Shown piece by piece: positions 1-23,651 of a DNA stretch of 64,000 nt; the first letter of the stretch is position 1, and every line of letters starts with the position of its first letter. The DNA lies in contig JBGAQA010000024.1 of assembly GCA_044220955.1 (NCBI GenBank), positions 20,197 to 84,196 on the forward strand, in the 5' to 3' direction. The notes below the pieces were generated by a model. That model was not told the DNA's origin, searched no databases, and was given only the letters and a program-made list of their open reading frames with translations. This stretch comes from Sandaracinaceae bacterium (GTDB lineage Bacteria > Myxococcota_A > Polyangia > Polyangiales > Sandaracinaceae). Position numbers and translations under genes: made by a program.

Positions 1-2
1 GC

Positions 3-452
3 GGCGTCGTTTCGTCCGCGCTCTCGGACCGCACCGTCCTGCGCCACCTGGAGTACGTCAGGCTCCTCGAGGAAGAGGAGGCGCGCCTGAACGAGTCGCC
101 GGCGGAGTTCCGCAACTCGCCGCTCGGTGCGCGCATCCTGCAGGACATCTTCGTCGCGAAGAGCTTCGCGATCGACCAGGCGGGCGATCTCGCTCGCGGC
201 CGGTACAACCGCCTCATCGACGACCTCAACGAGCTGCTGACGCAGGTCGACACGGTCGAGCTCGAGATCGCCACCTACGAGCGCGGCGGCCTCAGCGCCG
301 AGCTCCAGCAGCAGCAGACGGAGCTGCAGCAGTCGGGCGGTCTCGAGGTCCACGTCGACGAGGAGCACCAGATGTGGCCGTTCGACGGCGAGTACTGGCG
401 CGACGAGCTGGGCTTCTACCGCCAGCAAGTCACGTCGCGGTGCGGCCGCTGA
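3..452 (+). CDS. gltC: GltC-like adventurous gliding motility protein, 3' end (5' truncated by window)
   Basis: Open frame from window edge to TGA 450-452, ending HVDEEHQMWPFDGEYWRDELGFYRQQVTSRCGR, which resembles GltC C-termini; directly upstream of gltD-like gene. Confidence 0.65.
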   Translation, partial: GVVSSALSDRTVLRHLEYVRLLEEEEARLNESPAEFRNSPLGARILQDIFVAKSFAIDQAGDLARGRYNRLIDDLNELLTQVDTVELEIATYERGGLSAELQQQQTELQQSGGLEVHVDEEHQMWPFDGEYWRDELGFYRQQVTSRCGR

Positions 453-457
453 TCTCT

Positions 458-487
458 CGGGGCGCCTTCGTGGCGCCCCGCTTCGTT
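458..487 (+). terminator. GC-rich hairpin after gltC-like gene (weak terminator or mRNA stabiliser)
   Basis: cggggcgcc-ttcgt-ggcgccccg perfect 9-bp stem followed by cttcgtt. Confidence 0.45.
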
Positions 488-564
488 GGGGTGACCACCC
501 AAAGGTCGCCTCGCTCAGGGTTCCCTTGTTCCTAGACCGACTCCCGTAGCCCGCTCGGGGCCAG

Positions 565-3500
565 ATGGTGGACACGATGGGTCATCGAATCGAAAATCGG
601 CCCGCTGCGCGGGCACTCCAGCCTCGAATCGCACTGTTGCTCCTCGCCTCCGTGGTCGGAGGTGGCCTCCCGATGCTGGTCGGTGCGCAGACGACCGGAG
701 CCTCGACGACCACTCCGCCGTCGGCCGGCTCGGGCGGCGTGTGCATCTCGTCGACCGCGCAGTCGAGCGCGAACGCGTGCCCGTCGGGCGCGCCGCCGCC
801 GTCGCAGCGGGCCGGAGCGCCGACGGGGGCCGCGCCCTCGTCGCACCTCCAGCAGGCGACCAAGCACGAGGAGACCAAGCACGAGCAGCAGACGGGCCCG
901 AGCGTCACGATCGACGTGCGCTCCGAGGCGCTCCAGCAGCACGTCGAGGCCCGCGCGCTCGACCTGCTTCAGCAGGAGATCACGACGAGCGAGCGCATCG
1001 TCGGCCGCATGCGCGCCGGTGACCCGCGCGGCGCCGACTATCTCCTGCGTCTCGCCGAGACGTACTTCGAGCTCCAGACGTACTGGAACAACCACGCTCG
1101 CAGCCTCGACCAGCCCCTCTACGACGCGCAGCAGGCGCAGCAGGCCGACCGCGTCGCCGACATCCAGCGCCAGCAGCACGAGGCCGAGACGCACCTCACC
1201 GAGGCGCGGCAGAACGCGATCCGCACGTACGCCCGCCTCGTCCAGGACTACCCGGACTACACGCGCATGGACGAGGTTCTGTTCTCGCTCGCGTACGCGC
1301 TCGAGGAGATGCACAACTCCGATCAGGCGCTGCAGGTCTACATGCGCCTCATCAAGGGCTACCCGCAGTCGCACTTCATCCCGCACGCCTGGCTCTCGTT
1401 CGCCGAGCACTACTTCAACGACGGCGACATGAGCGCGGCGCGGCAGTTCTACGCGAAGGTGCTCGAGTACCCGCCCGAGACGCCGAACCCGGTGTACGGC
1501 TACGCGCTCTACAAGCAGGCGTGGGTCATGTACAACCTCGAGGACTTCCGGGGTGCGCTCACGCAGTTCGTGAACGTGCTCGAGTTCGTCCAGGAGCACC
1601 CGGACTCGCGTGACGCGACCAACCTGGCGCGTCAGTCGCGGCACGAGCTGGTCTTGCCCTACTCGCGCGTCGGCAGACCGAACCAAGCGCTCCAGTTCTT
1701 CAGACGATACGCCACCGACGACGCGCAAGCGTTCGAGATGCTCGAGAGCTTGGCCGAGCTCTATTACGACACCGGCCAGTGGCCCGAGACCATACAAGTC
1801 TACCACACGCTCATGAGCGAGCAGGCGAGCTCCGATCGCCTATGTTACTGGCAGAGCCGCGTCGCCAACGCGGTGGTCTCGAGCAGACCGAAACCAGAAC
1901 AAGTCACCGAGATACAACGCCTGGTCGACGTGATGGATGCGTTCGCCCAGGCCAGCCACCCCGCCGAGTCCCAGACCGAGTGTCGCCAGTCGACGGCGAC
2001 GGTGCTCGTCGAGCTCGCCACGGCGTGGCACCGCGAGGCGATCGGCACGGACGAGCAGCCCGGTACGAACGACCGGAACACGATGAACCTGGCGGGGCAG
2101 CTCTACCGGATGCTCACCGAGCGCTTCCCGGACATGGAGCAGCTCGAGTTCCCCGACATCGACCGGCGGGACTGGCCGACTCTCTACCGGGTCCAGTACT
2201 TCTACGCCGAGCTCCTCTGGCGCATGGAGAACTGGTCCGAGTGCGGCCCGGCGTTCGATCGCGTCGTCGAGCTGAACCCGCAGGGCGAGTTCACGTCCGA
2301 CGCCGCGTACGCCGCGGTGCTCTGTTACAACAGCCTGTACCAGCAGCAGTACTCCGCGACGGAGCGCGACACGCGCACGCACGCCCAGGCGGCCAGCGAC
2401 TCCGCGGCGACGGGAGCGCGCGGGAGGCGAGGGCGGCGAGGTCGCGCCGCCGCGGCCGAGCCCGAGGCCCCCGCAGGGCCGCCCGCACCACGCGAGCTGA
2501 CGACGGTCGAGCAGGGCATGCTCGGGGCCTTCACGCGCTTCGTCTGCTACGTCGCGGACAGCGACGAGCTGCCGACGGTCAAGTACCGTCGCGCCCGCAT
2601 CTACTACGAGTCGAACCACTACGAAGAGGCTGCGGTCCTCTTCCGGGACATCGCGTTCAACCACTCGACGAGCGAGCTCGGAGAGTTCGCGGCGAACCTG
2701 TATCTCGACTCGCTGAACACGATCTACACGCGCGACCAGAACTCGGCGTGCGTGAACGAGATCAGCCAGCAGATCGAGCCGCTCGCGCAGCTCTACTGCA
2801 ACACGCAGGAGGCGCACGACACGCACGCGGACCTCTGCCAGGTGCTCGACGACCTCCGCTGCGGCGTGCTCCGCCTGCAGGCGGAGTCGCTCCAGCACGA
2901 CCACAGCTACCGCGAGGCGGCCCAGCTCTACGTCTCCATCGCGCGTGACCACGCGGAGTGCGGGCGGCGCGACGAGATGCTCTGGAACGGAGCGATCAAC
3001 TACGAGTCGGCGCGCCTGCTCGGTCGCGCCATCCAGGTGCGCCAGGCGCTGATCCGGAACTTCGGAACGAGCGAGCTGGCGCGGCGCGCGATCTATCTCG
3101 TCGGCGCGAACTACCACGCCCTCGCGATCTACTCGCAGGCCGCCGACTGGTACGAGCGCTTCGCGCGCGAGTACGCGGGCGAGGACGGAAGCTCCTGCAC
3201 CGACGAGCAACGCACCGCAGGAACCTGCGCCATCGCGTACGTCGCGCTCGAGAACGCCGTCTTCTTCCGCCTCGGCCTCGGTCAAGAGGATCAAGCGATC
3301 GCGGACGCCGAGCTCTACGAGCGGAACTACCGGCGCACACGCGCGAGAGAGACGTCGCAGGTCATCTTCTCGCTGGGCTCGATCTACGAGCGCCGGCGCG
3401 ACTGGCTCCACGTCTTCACGCACTACCACGACTTCCTCCACGACTACGGCCGCAGCGCGCTGCCGCACGAGGTCATCCGCGCCAACGTCCAGATGGGACG

Positions 3501-4380
3501 CGCGAAGTGGGAGTCCGACGACGAGGAGCACGCGGAGCCGTTCTTCCGCGCCGCCGTCTCGGCGTGGAACCACAACGCCGCGGACGCCATCGCACACGCC
3601 GAGGGCTCGGACGCCGATCGGGCCCTCTGGCTCGCCCGCGCGAAGGAAGCGACCAGCGAGGCGTTCTTCTACCTCGCCGAGTACCAGTACCAGGCGTTCC
3701 GGGCGATCCACTTCCCGCGCTTCTCCGGGCAGCGGACGCTCTCGTCGGTCATGCACTGGACGCAGGCGGACCTCTTCCCCTGGATGCAGCACAAGTTCGA
3801 GGCGCTGCACACCGCGGAGACCGCCTACAACCTGATCGCGCCGCTCGAGATCCCGCAGTGGCAGATCGCAGGCGCTGCGCGGGTCGGTGAGATGTACCGG
3901 ACGATCGTCGACGACGTGCGCTCGGCGCCGGTGCCCGAAGAGATCGAGAACGACGACGAGCTCTACGGCATCTACACCGACACCCTGGAGCGCGTGCTGA
4001 ACGGCAGCTCGCCGGGGCCCGACAACCGCTGGGACACCGCGGACGACATCCAGTGCACCGAGCAGTCCACGGAAGAGACGTGCCAGCACTCGCCCATCCG
4101 GCAGGCGACCGAGCGCTTCCAGTTCTGCCTGACGCTCGCGACCCGCGTGCGTTGGTTCAACGAGTACTCGGCGCAGTGCGAGACCGAGCTGAACCAGCTC
4201 GACGCGGCGCGCTACCCGCTGGCCGCGGAGCTCCGCGGCACGCCCTCGTTCGTGCAGGATCAGACCGCTCCGCTCACTGCGATCGAGCTGACGCACGAGG
4301 AGGACGCCGAGGCGGACTCGGGCGACAGCGCGGTCACCGGTGGCGCGGAAGCCACGCCCACGCCGAGCACGCCGCAATGA
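565..4380 (+). CDS. gltD: Exported TPR protein of gliding machinery (AgmU/GltD-like)
   Basis: 1271 aa, hydrophobic N-terminal signal, many TPR helices (DEVLFSLAYALEE, YALYKQAWVMYN), position upstream of gltE-gltF-gltG; start may be ATG 577. Confidence 0.75.
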   Translation: MVDTMGHRIENRPAARALQPRIALLLLASVVGGGLPMLVGAQTTGASTTTPPSAGSGGVCISSTAQSSANACPSGAPPPSQRAGAPTGAAPSSHLQQATKHEETKHEQQTGPSVTIDVRSEALQQHVEARALDLLQQEITTSERIVGRMRAGDPRGADYLLRLAETYFELQTYWNNHARSLDQPLYDAQQAQQADRVADIQRQQHEAETHLTEARQNAIRTYARLVQDYPDYTRMDEVLFSLAYALEEMHNSDQALQVYMRLIKGYPQSHFIPHAWLSFAEHYFNDGDMSAARQFYAKVLEYPPETPNPVYGYALYKQAWVMYNLEDFRGALTQFVNVLEFVQEHPDSRDATNLARQSRHELVLPYSRVGRPNQALQFFRRYATDDAQAFEMLESLAELYYDTGQWPETIQVYHTLMSEQASSDRLCYWQSRVANAVVSSRPKPEQVTEIQRLVDVMDAFAQASHPAESQTECRQSTATVLVELATAWHREAIGTDEQPGTNDRNTMNLAGQLYRMLTERFPDMEQLEFPDIDRRDWPTLYRVQYFYAELLWRMENWSECGPAFDRVVELNPQGEFTSDAAYAAVLCYNSLYQQQYSATERDTRTHAQAASDSAATGARGRRGRRGRAAAAEPEAPAGPPAPRELTTVEQGMLGAFTRFVCYVADSDELPTVKYRRARIYYESNHYEEAAVLFRDIAFNHSTSELGEFAANLYLDSLNTIYTRDQNSACVNEISQQIEPLAQLYCNTQEAHDTHADLCQVLDDLRCGVLRLQAESLQHDHSYREAAQLYVSIARDHAECGRRDEMLWNGAINYESARLLGRAIQVRQALIRNFGTSELARRAIYLVGANYHALAIYSQAADWYERFAREYAGEDGSSCTDEQRTAGTCAIAYVALENAVFFRLGLGQEDQAIADAELYERNYRRTRARETSQVIFSLGSIYERRRDWLHVFTHYHDFLHDYGRSALPHEVIRANVQMGRAKWESDDEEHAEPFFRAAVSAWNHNAADAIAHAEGSDADRALWLARAKEATSEAFFYLAEYQYQAFRAIHFPRFSGQRTLSSVMHWTQADLFPWMQHKFEALHTAETAYNLIAPLEIPQWQIAGAARVGEMYRTIVDDVRSAPVPEEIENDDELYGIYTDTLERVLNGSSPGPDNRWDTADDIQCTEQSTEETCQHSPIRQATERFQFCLTLATRVRWFNEYSAQCETELNQLDAARYPLAAELRGTPSFVQDQTAPLTAIELTHEEDAEADSGDSAVTGGAEATPTPSTPQ

Positions 4381-4397
4381 GCAGCACGGAGAAGACC

Positions 4398-5957
4398 ATG
4401 CGTCACGTGAATCATCTCTTGGTCGTGGGTGGGCTCGCCGGTCTGATGATCGCGGGCTGTGGCGGCGGTGGGGGCGGCGGCACCACGGGGGGCGGTGGCG
4501 ACACCACCAGCGGCGGCGACGGCACGATCACGACGCCGGGCGGCAGCGTGATCACGCAGGCGGCGCAGGACGACTGGGCCGAGGCTCTGGCGGCCTACAC
4601 CGCCGCGATCCCCGACGGGTGGACCCCGGCCGAGTGCTCGAACGTGCAGCACATGTTCGAGCAGGCCAACAGCACGCAGGGCGGCAACTTCACCGAGGCC
4701 GTCTACATGATCGGCCTGACGTACGAGCAGTGCGGCGACGCGCAGCACGCGCACGACCAGTACCAGCGCGTGCTCGGGATGAACGACCACTTCTGCGGCG
4801 CGCGCGTCGCCATGGGTGTCGAGCAGTACCGGCAAGGGCACGTCGACCAGGCGATGCAGGAGTTCACGCGCGCCGTCCACGACGACACGCGCTGCACCGA
4901 GGGGTACGTCAACCTGGCGATCATCCAGCGGCGCACCCCGGCCTCGGCGGCCGACGCGCTCAACAACCTCCGGCGCGCGCTCGCCATCGACTCGGGCTAC
5001 CTCGCCGCGTTCAACCAGATGGCGCTGCTCTACTACGACCAGGCCGTTCGCACGGCGGGCGGCCAGGTCACGGTCCAGGGCGGCGTGCCCGCGGGCGCGG
5101 CGGACGCCGACGAGGACGCGGATCACCCGCACCACCAGACCGCGCGGCAGCAGCAGGGAAGCCAGATGCTCGACCTCGCCGAGGTCGTCTGCCGCCAGGC
5201 ACAGCTCATCAACGGCAACTACGCCCCCATCTACAACACGTGGGGCCTCATCAACATGCAGCAGGGCAACATCATCGCGGCGCTCGCGAAGTTCGAGCGC
5301 GCCTTCCAGCTCGATCCGACGCTGTTCGAGGCGTACATGAACTTCGGCGAGATCACGCTCGGCTTCCGCGGCTACGACGACGCCGCGGGCGCGTTCCAGC
5401 ATGCGACCGAGCTCCGGCCGCAGAGCTACGACGCCTTCATCGGCCTCGGCGCCGCCAAGCGCGGCCTTCAGGATCCCGACGCGGCCGAGGCGGCCTACCG
5501 CGCGGCGATCGCCATCGATGCGAACCGTCCGGAGGCGTACTTCAACCTCGGACTGCTCTACCAAGACTACCGCGACGGCGCGGAGACCACGCTCCACCAA
5601 GCGCAGGCGTTCTACCAGCAGTTCGTCCAGCACGCGGGCTCGGACGCCGTGTTCGCGCCGGCGGTCGACGCCGTGATGCACCACTGCACGCCGACCTGCC
5701 CGACGCCGCCGGAGCAGCGCGGCCACCGCCGCCGCCGACCCGCCGCTGCTTGCACGATGGGCCGCATCCAGCAGATCGACCAGAACATCTGCCTCGTGCA
5801 CGAGCTCGCCCAGATGCAGGCCGACATCGCGGCCATGCAGCAGCAGATGGCGCCGCAGGACGGGGCCGCCCCCGCCGACGGCAGCGCACCTCCCCCGTCG
5901 GACGGGTCCACGCCCCCCCCGAGCGATGGAACGACGCCGGCGCCGGCTCCACAATGA
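4398..5957 (+). CDS. gltE: TPR lipoprotein of gliding machinery (AglT/GltE-like)
   Basis: Lipobox LMIAGC, TPR repeats (ALNNLRRALAID, YAPIYNTWGLI); ATG 4398 preceded by ggag, alternative ATG 4377 overlaps gltD stop. Confidence 0.75.
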   Translation: MRHVNHLLVVGGLAGLMIAGCGGGGGGGTTGGGGDTTSGGDGTITTPGGSVITQAAQDDWAEALAAYTAAIPDGWTPAECSNVQHMFEQANSTQGGNFTEAVYMIGLTYEQCGDAQHAHDQYQRVLGMNDHFCGARVAMGVEQYRQGHVDQAMQEFTRAVHDDTRCTEGYVNLAIIQRRTPASAADALNNLRRALAIDSGYLAAFNQMALLYYDQAVRTAGGQVTVQGGVPAGAADADEDADHPHHQTARQQQGSQMLDLAEVVCRQAQLINGNYAPIYNTWGLINMQQGNIIAALAKFERAFQLDPTLFEAYMNFGEITLGFRGYDDAAGAFQHATELRPQSYDAFIGLGAAKRGLQDPDAAEAAYRAAIAIDANRPEAYFNLGLLYQDYRDGAETTLHQAQAFYQQFVQHAGSDAVFAPAVDAVMHHCTPTCPTPPEQRGHRRRRPAAACTMGRIQQIDQNICLVHELAQMQADIAAMQQQMAPQDGAAPADGSAPPPSDGSTPPPSDGTTPAPAPQ

Positions 5958-6042
5958 GCGCTCGGTCGGCGGAGCCCCGTTGACCGCGTCACCCAGAGAT
6001 CTGTACAGTGCCCACGCTCGATCGGAGCTGGCGGAGGCGATC

Positions 6043-6288
6043 ATGAAGAAGCTGTGGATCGGAGTGTCGTTCGGTCTCGTGCTCGGGGTCTCGTCGCTGG
6101 GAGTCCCGGCGCCGGCGTCGGCGCAGGAGTCGACCACGTACGACTTCGAGGACGATCTCGTCACCGGCGATCTCGTCCGTCCCGACGGCGAGATGCTGCA
6201 GGTGCGTCGCCGAGGCCGCCGGGCGTCGCTGATCCGCGTCCGTGAGCACTTCATCCCGGAGATGCTCAAGTCGGTCGAGAATCTCTGA
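6043..6288 (+). CDS. gltF: GltF/CglF small gliding motility protein
   Basis: Signal peptide MKKLWIG...ASA-Q, motif YDFEDDLVTGDLVRPDG...SLIRVREHFIPEMLKSVENL; SD ggagg. Confidence 0.85.
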   Translation: MKKLWIGVSFGLVLGVSSLGVPAPASAQESTTYDFEDDLVTGDLVRPDGEMLQVRRRGRRASLIRVREHFIPEMLKSVENL

Positions 6289-6397
6289 GCCAACACGCCG
6301 CTCGTTCGGAACCCGTCACCCACTCGGAACCTGGCGCACGACCCGTTGTCTGAGGTCGGCGTGGGGTCCGGTCCCCGGCTCCTCGGAGGGATGAATC

Positions 6398-8509
6398 TTG
6401 TCTCAGTCCAACGCGAAGGTCTCGATGACGTTCAAGATCCAGCAGGGCGACGGCCCTGTCAGGGTCGAGACGCTGTCGCAGGACATCATCAAGGTCGGCA
6501 AGCTGCCCTCGAGCCACCTGCGCATCGAAGACGAAAACGTCTCGCGCATGCACGCGGTCATCGAGGTCACGGGGCCCGACGAGATCTACATCATCGATCT
6601 CGGCTCCGCCGCCGGCACCATCGTCAACGGCAAGAAGGTCAACAAGTGCAAGCTGCAGAACGGGGACGAGATCGTCCTCGGCGGCGCGCGGGTGACCGTC
6701 GAGATCGGCGCGGCCAGCGCCGCCGGTGACGAGGACATCACGCAGATGGCGTCGCGCGGGGAGGTGCAGGCGGCCGTGGCCGCAGCCGCGCCCGAGCCCG
6801 CCAAGCCTCCCCCCGCTCCCGCGGCCGCGCCGGCAGCCCCCGCCGCCCCGGCCGCCAACCCGTTCGCGTCGGGCGCGGCGCTTCCCATGGGCGCGCTGGC
6901 AAACCCGTTCGCGGCGCCGGCGAATCCGTTCGCCGCCCCCGCGGCCGCGCCGGTCGAGAGCCACGGCGGCGGACATGGTGGCCACGGCCACGACGACGAC
7001 GGGGATCCGAGCCACTACCAGTACGGCATCGCTGCGAGCCAGCCGCCGGTCAACCCTGCGGACGTCGAGACGGCCGCGTCCGCCGCCGAGGTCGTCGTCA
7101 TGTGGGGCGACGTGAGCGTCCTTCACGTGGCGCACCTGTCTCCGCCGCGGAGCTTCTACATCGGCGAGCCGTCGGGGAAGAACAGCCCGGACTACCTGGT
7201 CGACGGAAGCGTGCTCGGCGGTGATCGGATGCCGCTCGTCGTCGAGTCCGGCGGCAACGTCGGGGTGGTGATCCCGGCCGGAGCAGAGGGAGAGGTGACG
7301 GTCGGCGAGCAGTCACTCTCGTTCGACGACCTCAAGTCGCAGGGCAAGCTCGCGGCGTGCGCCGAGCTGTCCGGCGCCCAGCAGTACATCTTGCCGCAGG
7401 GCGCGACGGCGAAGGTCCGCTACAAGGGCTTCACGTTCGTGACGAAGGCCACCGCCGCGGGCCGCAAGGTCGGCACGGCGGGCGACAACGACTGGACGGC
7501 GCAGATCTGGACGGGCGTCTCGCTCGCGGTCCACGCCGCCTTCCTGCTGATGTTCTACTTCCTCCCGCCGCGTCCGGCGTCGCTCTCGCTCGATCTGCTC
7601 AACGCGGACTCGCGCCTCGTGCAGTACCTGATGGAGCCGCCCGAGACGGTCGAGGAGGAGACGCCCGAGTGGCTGCAGGAGCAGCAGCAGGAAGACGACC
7701 AGGAAGGCGGCACCGGCAAGCGTCACAAGGACGACGAAGGCGCCATGGGCGAGGAGTCGCACGAGAAGACCACGAACCGCTACGGCATCGAGGGCCCGGA
7801 GGACAACCCCGACCCGCACATGGCGCGCGAGCAGGCTCGGGAAGACGCTCGGCAGGCGGCCTCGCAGATGGGCGCGCTGCTCCAGATGGCCGGAGCGTGG
7901 AACTCACCGACGTCTCCCTACGGGCAGGAGTCGGCGCTGGGTGCCGATCCGATGAGCGCGCTGGGCGCCCTGATGGGCGACCAGATCGGCGGCAACTTCG
8001 GCTTCGGCGGCCTCGGCCTCCGCGGCACCGGTCGCGGCGGCGGCGGCACGGGTGAGGGCACCATCGGCCTCGGCAACCTCGGCACGATCGGCCACGGCGC
8101 GGGCACTGGCTCGGGCAGCGGCTACGGCAGCGGCGCCGGTGGCTTCCATGGCCGCGGCTCGGCGGTCCCGCACATCCGGACCGGTGAGGCGGACGTCCGC
8201 GGATCGCTGTCGCGCGAGGTCATCCGCCGCGTCATTCGCCGTCACATCAACGAGGTGCGGTTCTGCTACGAGCAGGAGCTCGCGCAGCGCCCCGATCTCG
8301 CGGGCCGTATCACGGTCAGCTTCATCATCTCCGCGACCGGCGCCGTGCAGACGGCGAGCGTCATGAACACCACGCTGAACAATGCCCGCGTCGAGGGCTG
8401 CGTCGTGCAGGCGGTTCGGCGCTGGACCTTCCCGGCACCGGACGGTGGCGGCGTCGTCGGCGTCAACTACCCGTTCGTGCTCGACTCGACGGGCGGCGGC
8501 GAAGAGTAG
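6398..8509 (+). CDS. gltG: GltG/PglI: FHA domain, TM helix, Gly-rich linker, TonB-C-like (AgmX/PglI) domain
   Basis: FHA (IKVGKL..SHLRIEDENVSRMHA..DLGSAAGTIVNG), TM WTGVSLAVHAAFLLMFYFL, GLGLRGTGRGGGG, C-terminal GSLSREVIRRVIRRH..RFCYE..WTFPAP..VNYPF. Confidence 0.85.
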   Translation: MSQSNAKVSMTFKIQQGDGPVRVETLSQDIIKVGKLPSSHLRIEDENVSRMHAVIEVTGPDEIYIIDLGSAAGTIVNGKKVNKCKLQNGDEIVLGGARVTVEIGAASAAGDEDITQMASRGEVQAAVAAAAPEPAKPPPAPAAAPAAPAAPAANPFASGAALPMGALANPFAAPANPFAAPAAAPVESHGGGHGGHGHDDDGDPSHYQYGIAASQPPVNPADVETAASAAEVVVMWGDVSVLHVAHLSPPRSFYIGEPSGKNSPDYLVDGSVLGGDRMPLVVESGGNVGVVIPAGAEGEVTVGEQSLSFDDLKSQGKLAACAELSGAQQYILPQGATAKVRYKGFTFVTKATAAGRKVGTAGDNDWTAQIWTGVSLAVHAAFLLMFYFLPPRPASLSLDLLNADSRLVQYLMEPPETVEEETPEWLQEQQQEDDQEGGTGKRHKDDEGAMGEESHEKTTNRYGIEGPEDNPDPHMAREQAREDARQAASQMGALLQMAGAWNSPTSPYGQESALGADPMSALGALMGDQIGGNFGFGGLGLRGTGRGGGGTGEGTIGLGNLGTIGHGAGTGSGSGYGSGAGGFHGRGSAVPHIRTGEADVRGSLSREVIRRVIRRHINEVRFCYEQELAQRPDLAGRITVSFIISATGAVQTASVMNTTLNNARVEGCVVQAVRRWTFPAPDGGGVVGVNYPFVLDSTGGGEE

Positions 8510-8532
8510 GGTCGGCCTCGACAGGGCGGCAT

Positions 8533-8572
8533 GCGGGCGCGGCGACCGAGAGGTCCCGCGCCCGTCGCTTTC
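8533..8572 (+). terminator. Hairpin after gltG
   Basis: gcgggcgcgg-c-gacc-GAGA-ggtc-ccgcgcccgt then cgctttc. Confidence 0.5.
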
Positions 8573-8657
8573 GAGCGTCGGAAAAAATCTCGCGGTTTGC
8601 CGTTGAGGCGCGAGCCCGATCGCGACTAGTATCGCCGCGCGTCCGGCGGAGGAACAC

Positions 8658-9566
8658 GTGTCTATGCGATGTGATTTCCCGGGGCTACGCCCCGGACTGA
8701 GGCGGCTCCAGGCCCTCGCTTGCGGGGCATTCCTTCTGGTTTGGCTCAGCGGCGGTCAGTGCTCGCGCGAGCGAGTCGAGTCGCTGAACGAGATGAACGA
8801 GGGCGTCGTCCTCGCCGCGCAGAAGAACTATCTCGACGCGGTCGAGAAGCTTCAGCACGCGGCGGCGATCGATCCCACCAACGATCAGGCGTACTGGAAC
8901 CTCGCCATCGTGCACATGGAGATGCAGCGCTTCGATGCCGCGCGCGACGATCTCCAGCGAGCGATCCAGATCAACCCGAGTGTCGCCGGCTACCACGAGA
9001 AGCTCGGCACCGTGCTGATGGAGCTCGAGCAGTGGGACCAGGCGCGGGAGAGCTTCGAGCACGCGATCGAGCTCGATCCCGATCTGTTCAAGGCCTACTA
9101 CAAGCTCGGTCAGATCCTCGAGCGGCAGGACGACGCGCAGGGCGCGCTGCAGCGCTACACCGAAGCGATCCAGCACGGACCGCGGTTCATCGAGGCCTAC
9201 CGCGCGCTCGGCCGCATGTACGCCGATCTCGGCTACCTCGGCGAGGCGGTGCAGGTGCTCACGAGCGGCCTGCAGGTCGTGATCGACGGCACCGAGGACG
9301 AGGCGGATCTGCACCACCTGCTCGGCACCGTCTACCAGCAGCAGCGCAACTACGACCAGGCCGTGACGGAGTTCCACGCCGCGCTCGACATCGAGCCCGG
9401 CATGCAGGAGGCGATGTTCTCGCTCGGCTGGACGTACGCCCTGCAGAACAACCGCGACGAGGCGCGTCGCTACCTCAAGCGCTACGTCGACGCCGCGCAG
9501 GGGACTGCGCCGGCGCACTACCTCAAGGCCGCTCAAGACCGGCTCACGCAGCTCGATCAGCCGTGA
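8658..9566 (+). CDS. TPR protein, probably exported or lipoprotein
   Basis: Several canonical TPRs (AYWNLAIV, YHEKLGTVL, AYYKLGQIL); hydrophobic N-terminus ending SGGQC. Confidence 0.8.
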   Translation: MSMRCDFPGLRPGLRRLQALACGAFLLVWLSGGQCSRERVESLNEMNEGVVLAAQKNYLDAVEKLQHAAAIDPTNDQAYWNLAIVHMEMQRFDAARDDLQRAIQINPSVAGYHEKLGTVLMELEQWDQARESFEHAIELDPDLFKAYYKLGQILERQDDAQGALQRYTEAIQHGPRFIEAYRALGRMYADLGYLGEAVQVLTSGLQVVIDGTEDEADLHHLLGTVYQQQRNYDQAVTEFHAALDIEPGMQEAMFSLGWTYALQNNRDEARRYLKRYVDAAQGTAPAHYLKAAQDRLTQLDQP

Positions 9567-9627
9567 GCCGATCGCGAGCGACGCGCTCGCGGGTGACTTT
9601 TCCCCGGTGATCCTTTGGAGGTGTTAG

Positions 9628-19745
<10,118 letters not shown>

Positions 19746-19749
<4 letters not shown>

Positions 19750-20237
19750 CCACCCTCGCGGCGGTTCCGCTGCCGACGCGTCGTGCGACGCGCCGGCTCG
19801 GGGCCGCCCTCGCGGATGCGAGCTGCCCGGGCGACGTCCTCGTGCTCGAGGGGCCGCTCGGCGCGGGCAAGACGTTCCTGGCGCGAGCCATCGCGCGCGC
19901 GCTGGGCGTTCCCTCGACCGTTCCGGTGGCGTCGCCGACGTTCGGGCTCGTACACCAGCTCGCCGGCCGCGTGCCCGTCGTGCACGCCGATCTCTACCGG
20001 ATCGGAGCCGCGGCGGAGCTCCCCGAGCTGGGGCTCGACGAGGCCCGGCTCGGCGCAGTGGCGATCGTGGAGTGGGGCGCCCGCTTCGGGGACGCGCTCT
20101 CGCCCGAGCGCCTCGTCGTCACGATCGAGCGGCCGATCGACGGCGCACGCCGCGCGCTGCTCTCCGCCCACGGCGCGCGTGCGCACGCCCTCGCGGTCCA
20201 GGTCGCATCGACGCTTGCCGCGCCTGGCTCGCCCTGA
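19746..20237 (+). CDS. tsaE: tRNA threonylcarbamoyladenosine biosynthesis ATPase TsaE
   Basis: GPLGAGKT Walker A, VASPTF, HADLYRI, IVEWG motifs; GTG overlaps upstream TGA. Confidence 0.92.
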
Positions 20238-20254
20238 TAACCCGCCGGTCCGAC

Positions 20255-23650
<3,396 letters not shown>

Positions 23651-23651
23651 C

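Noticed and set aside
6331..6350. Possible sigma54 promoters before gltG, the FHA activator and the repeat-peptide genes
   Set aside because: GG-N10-GC spacing is not satisfied
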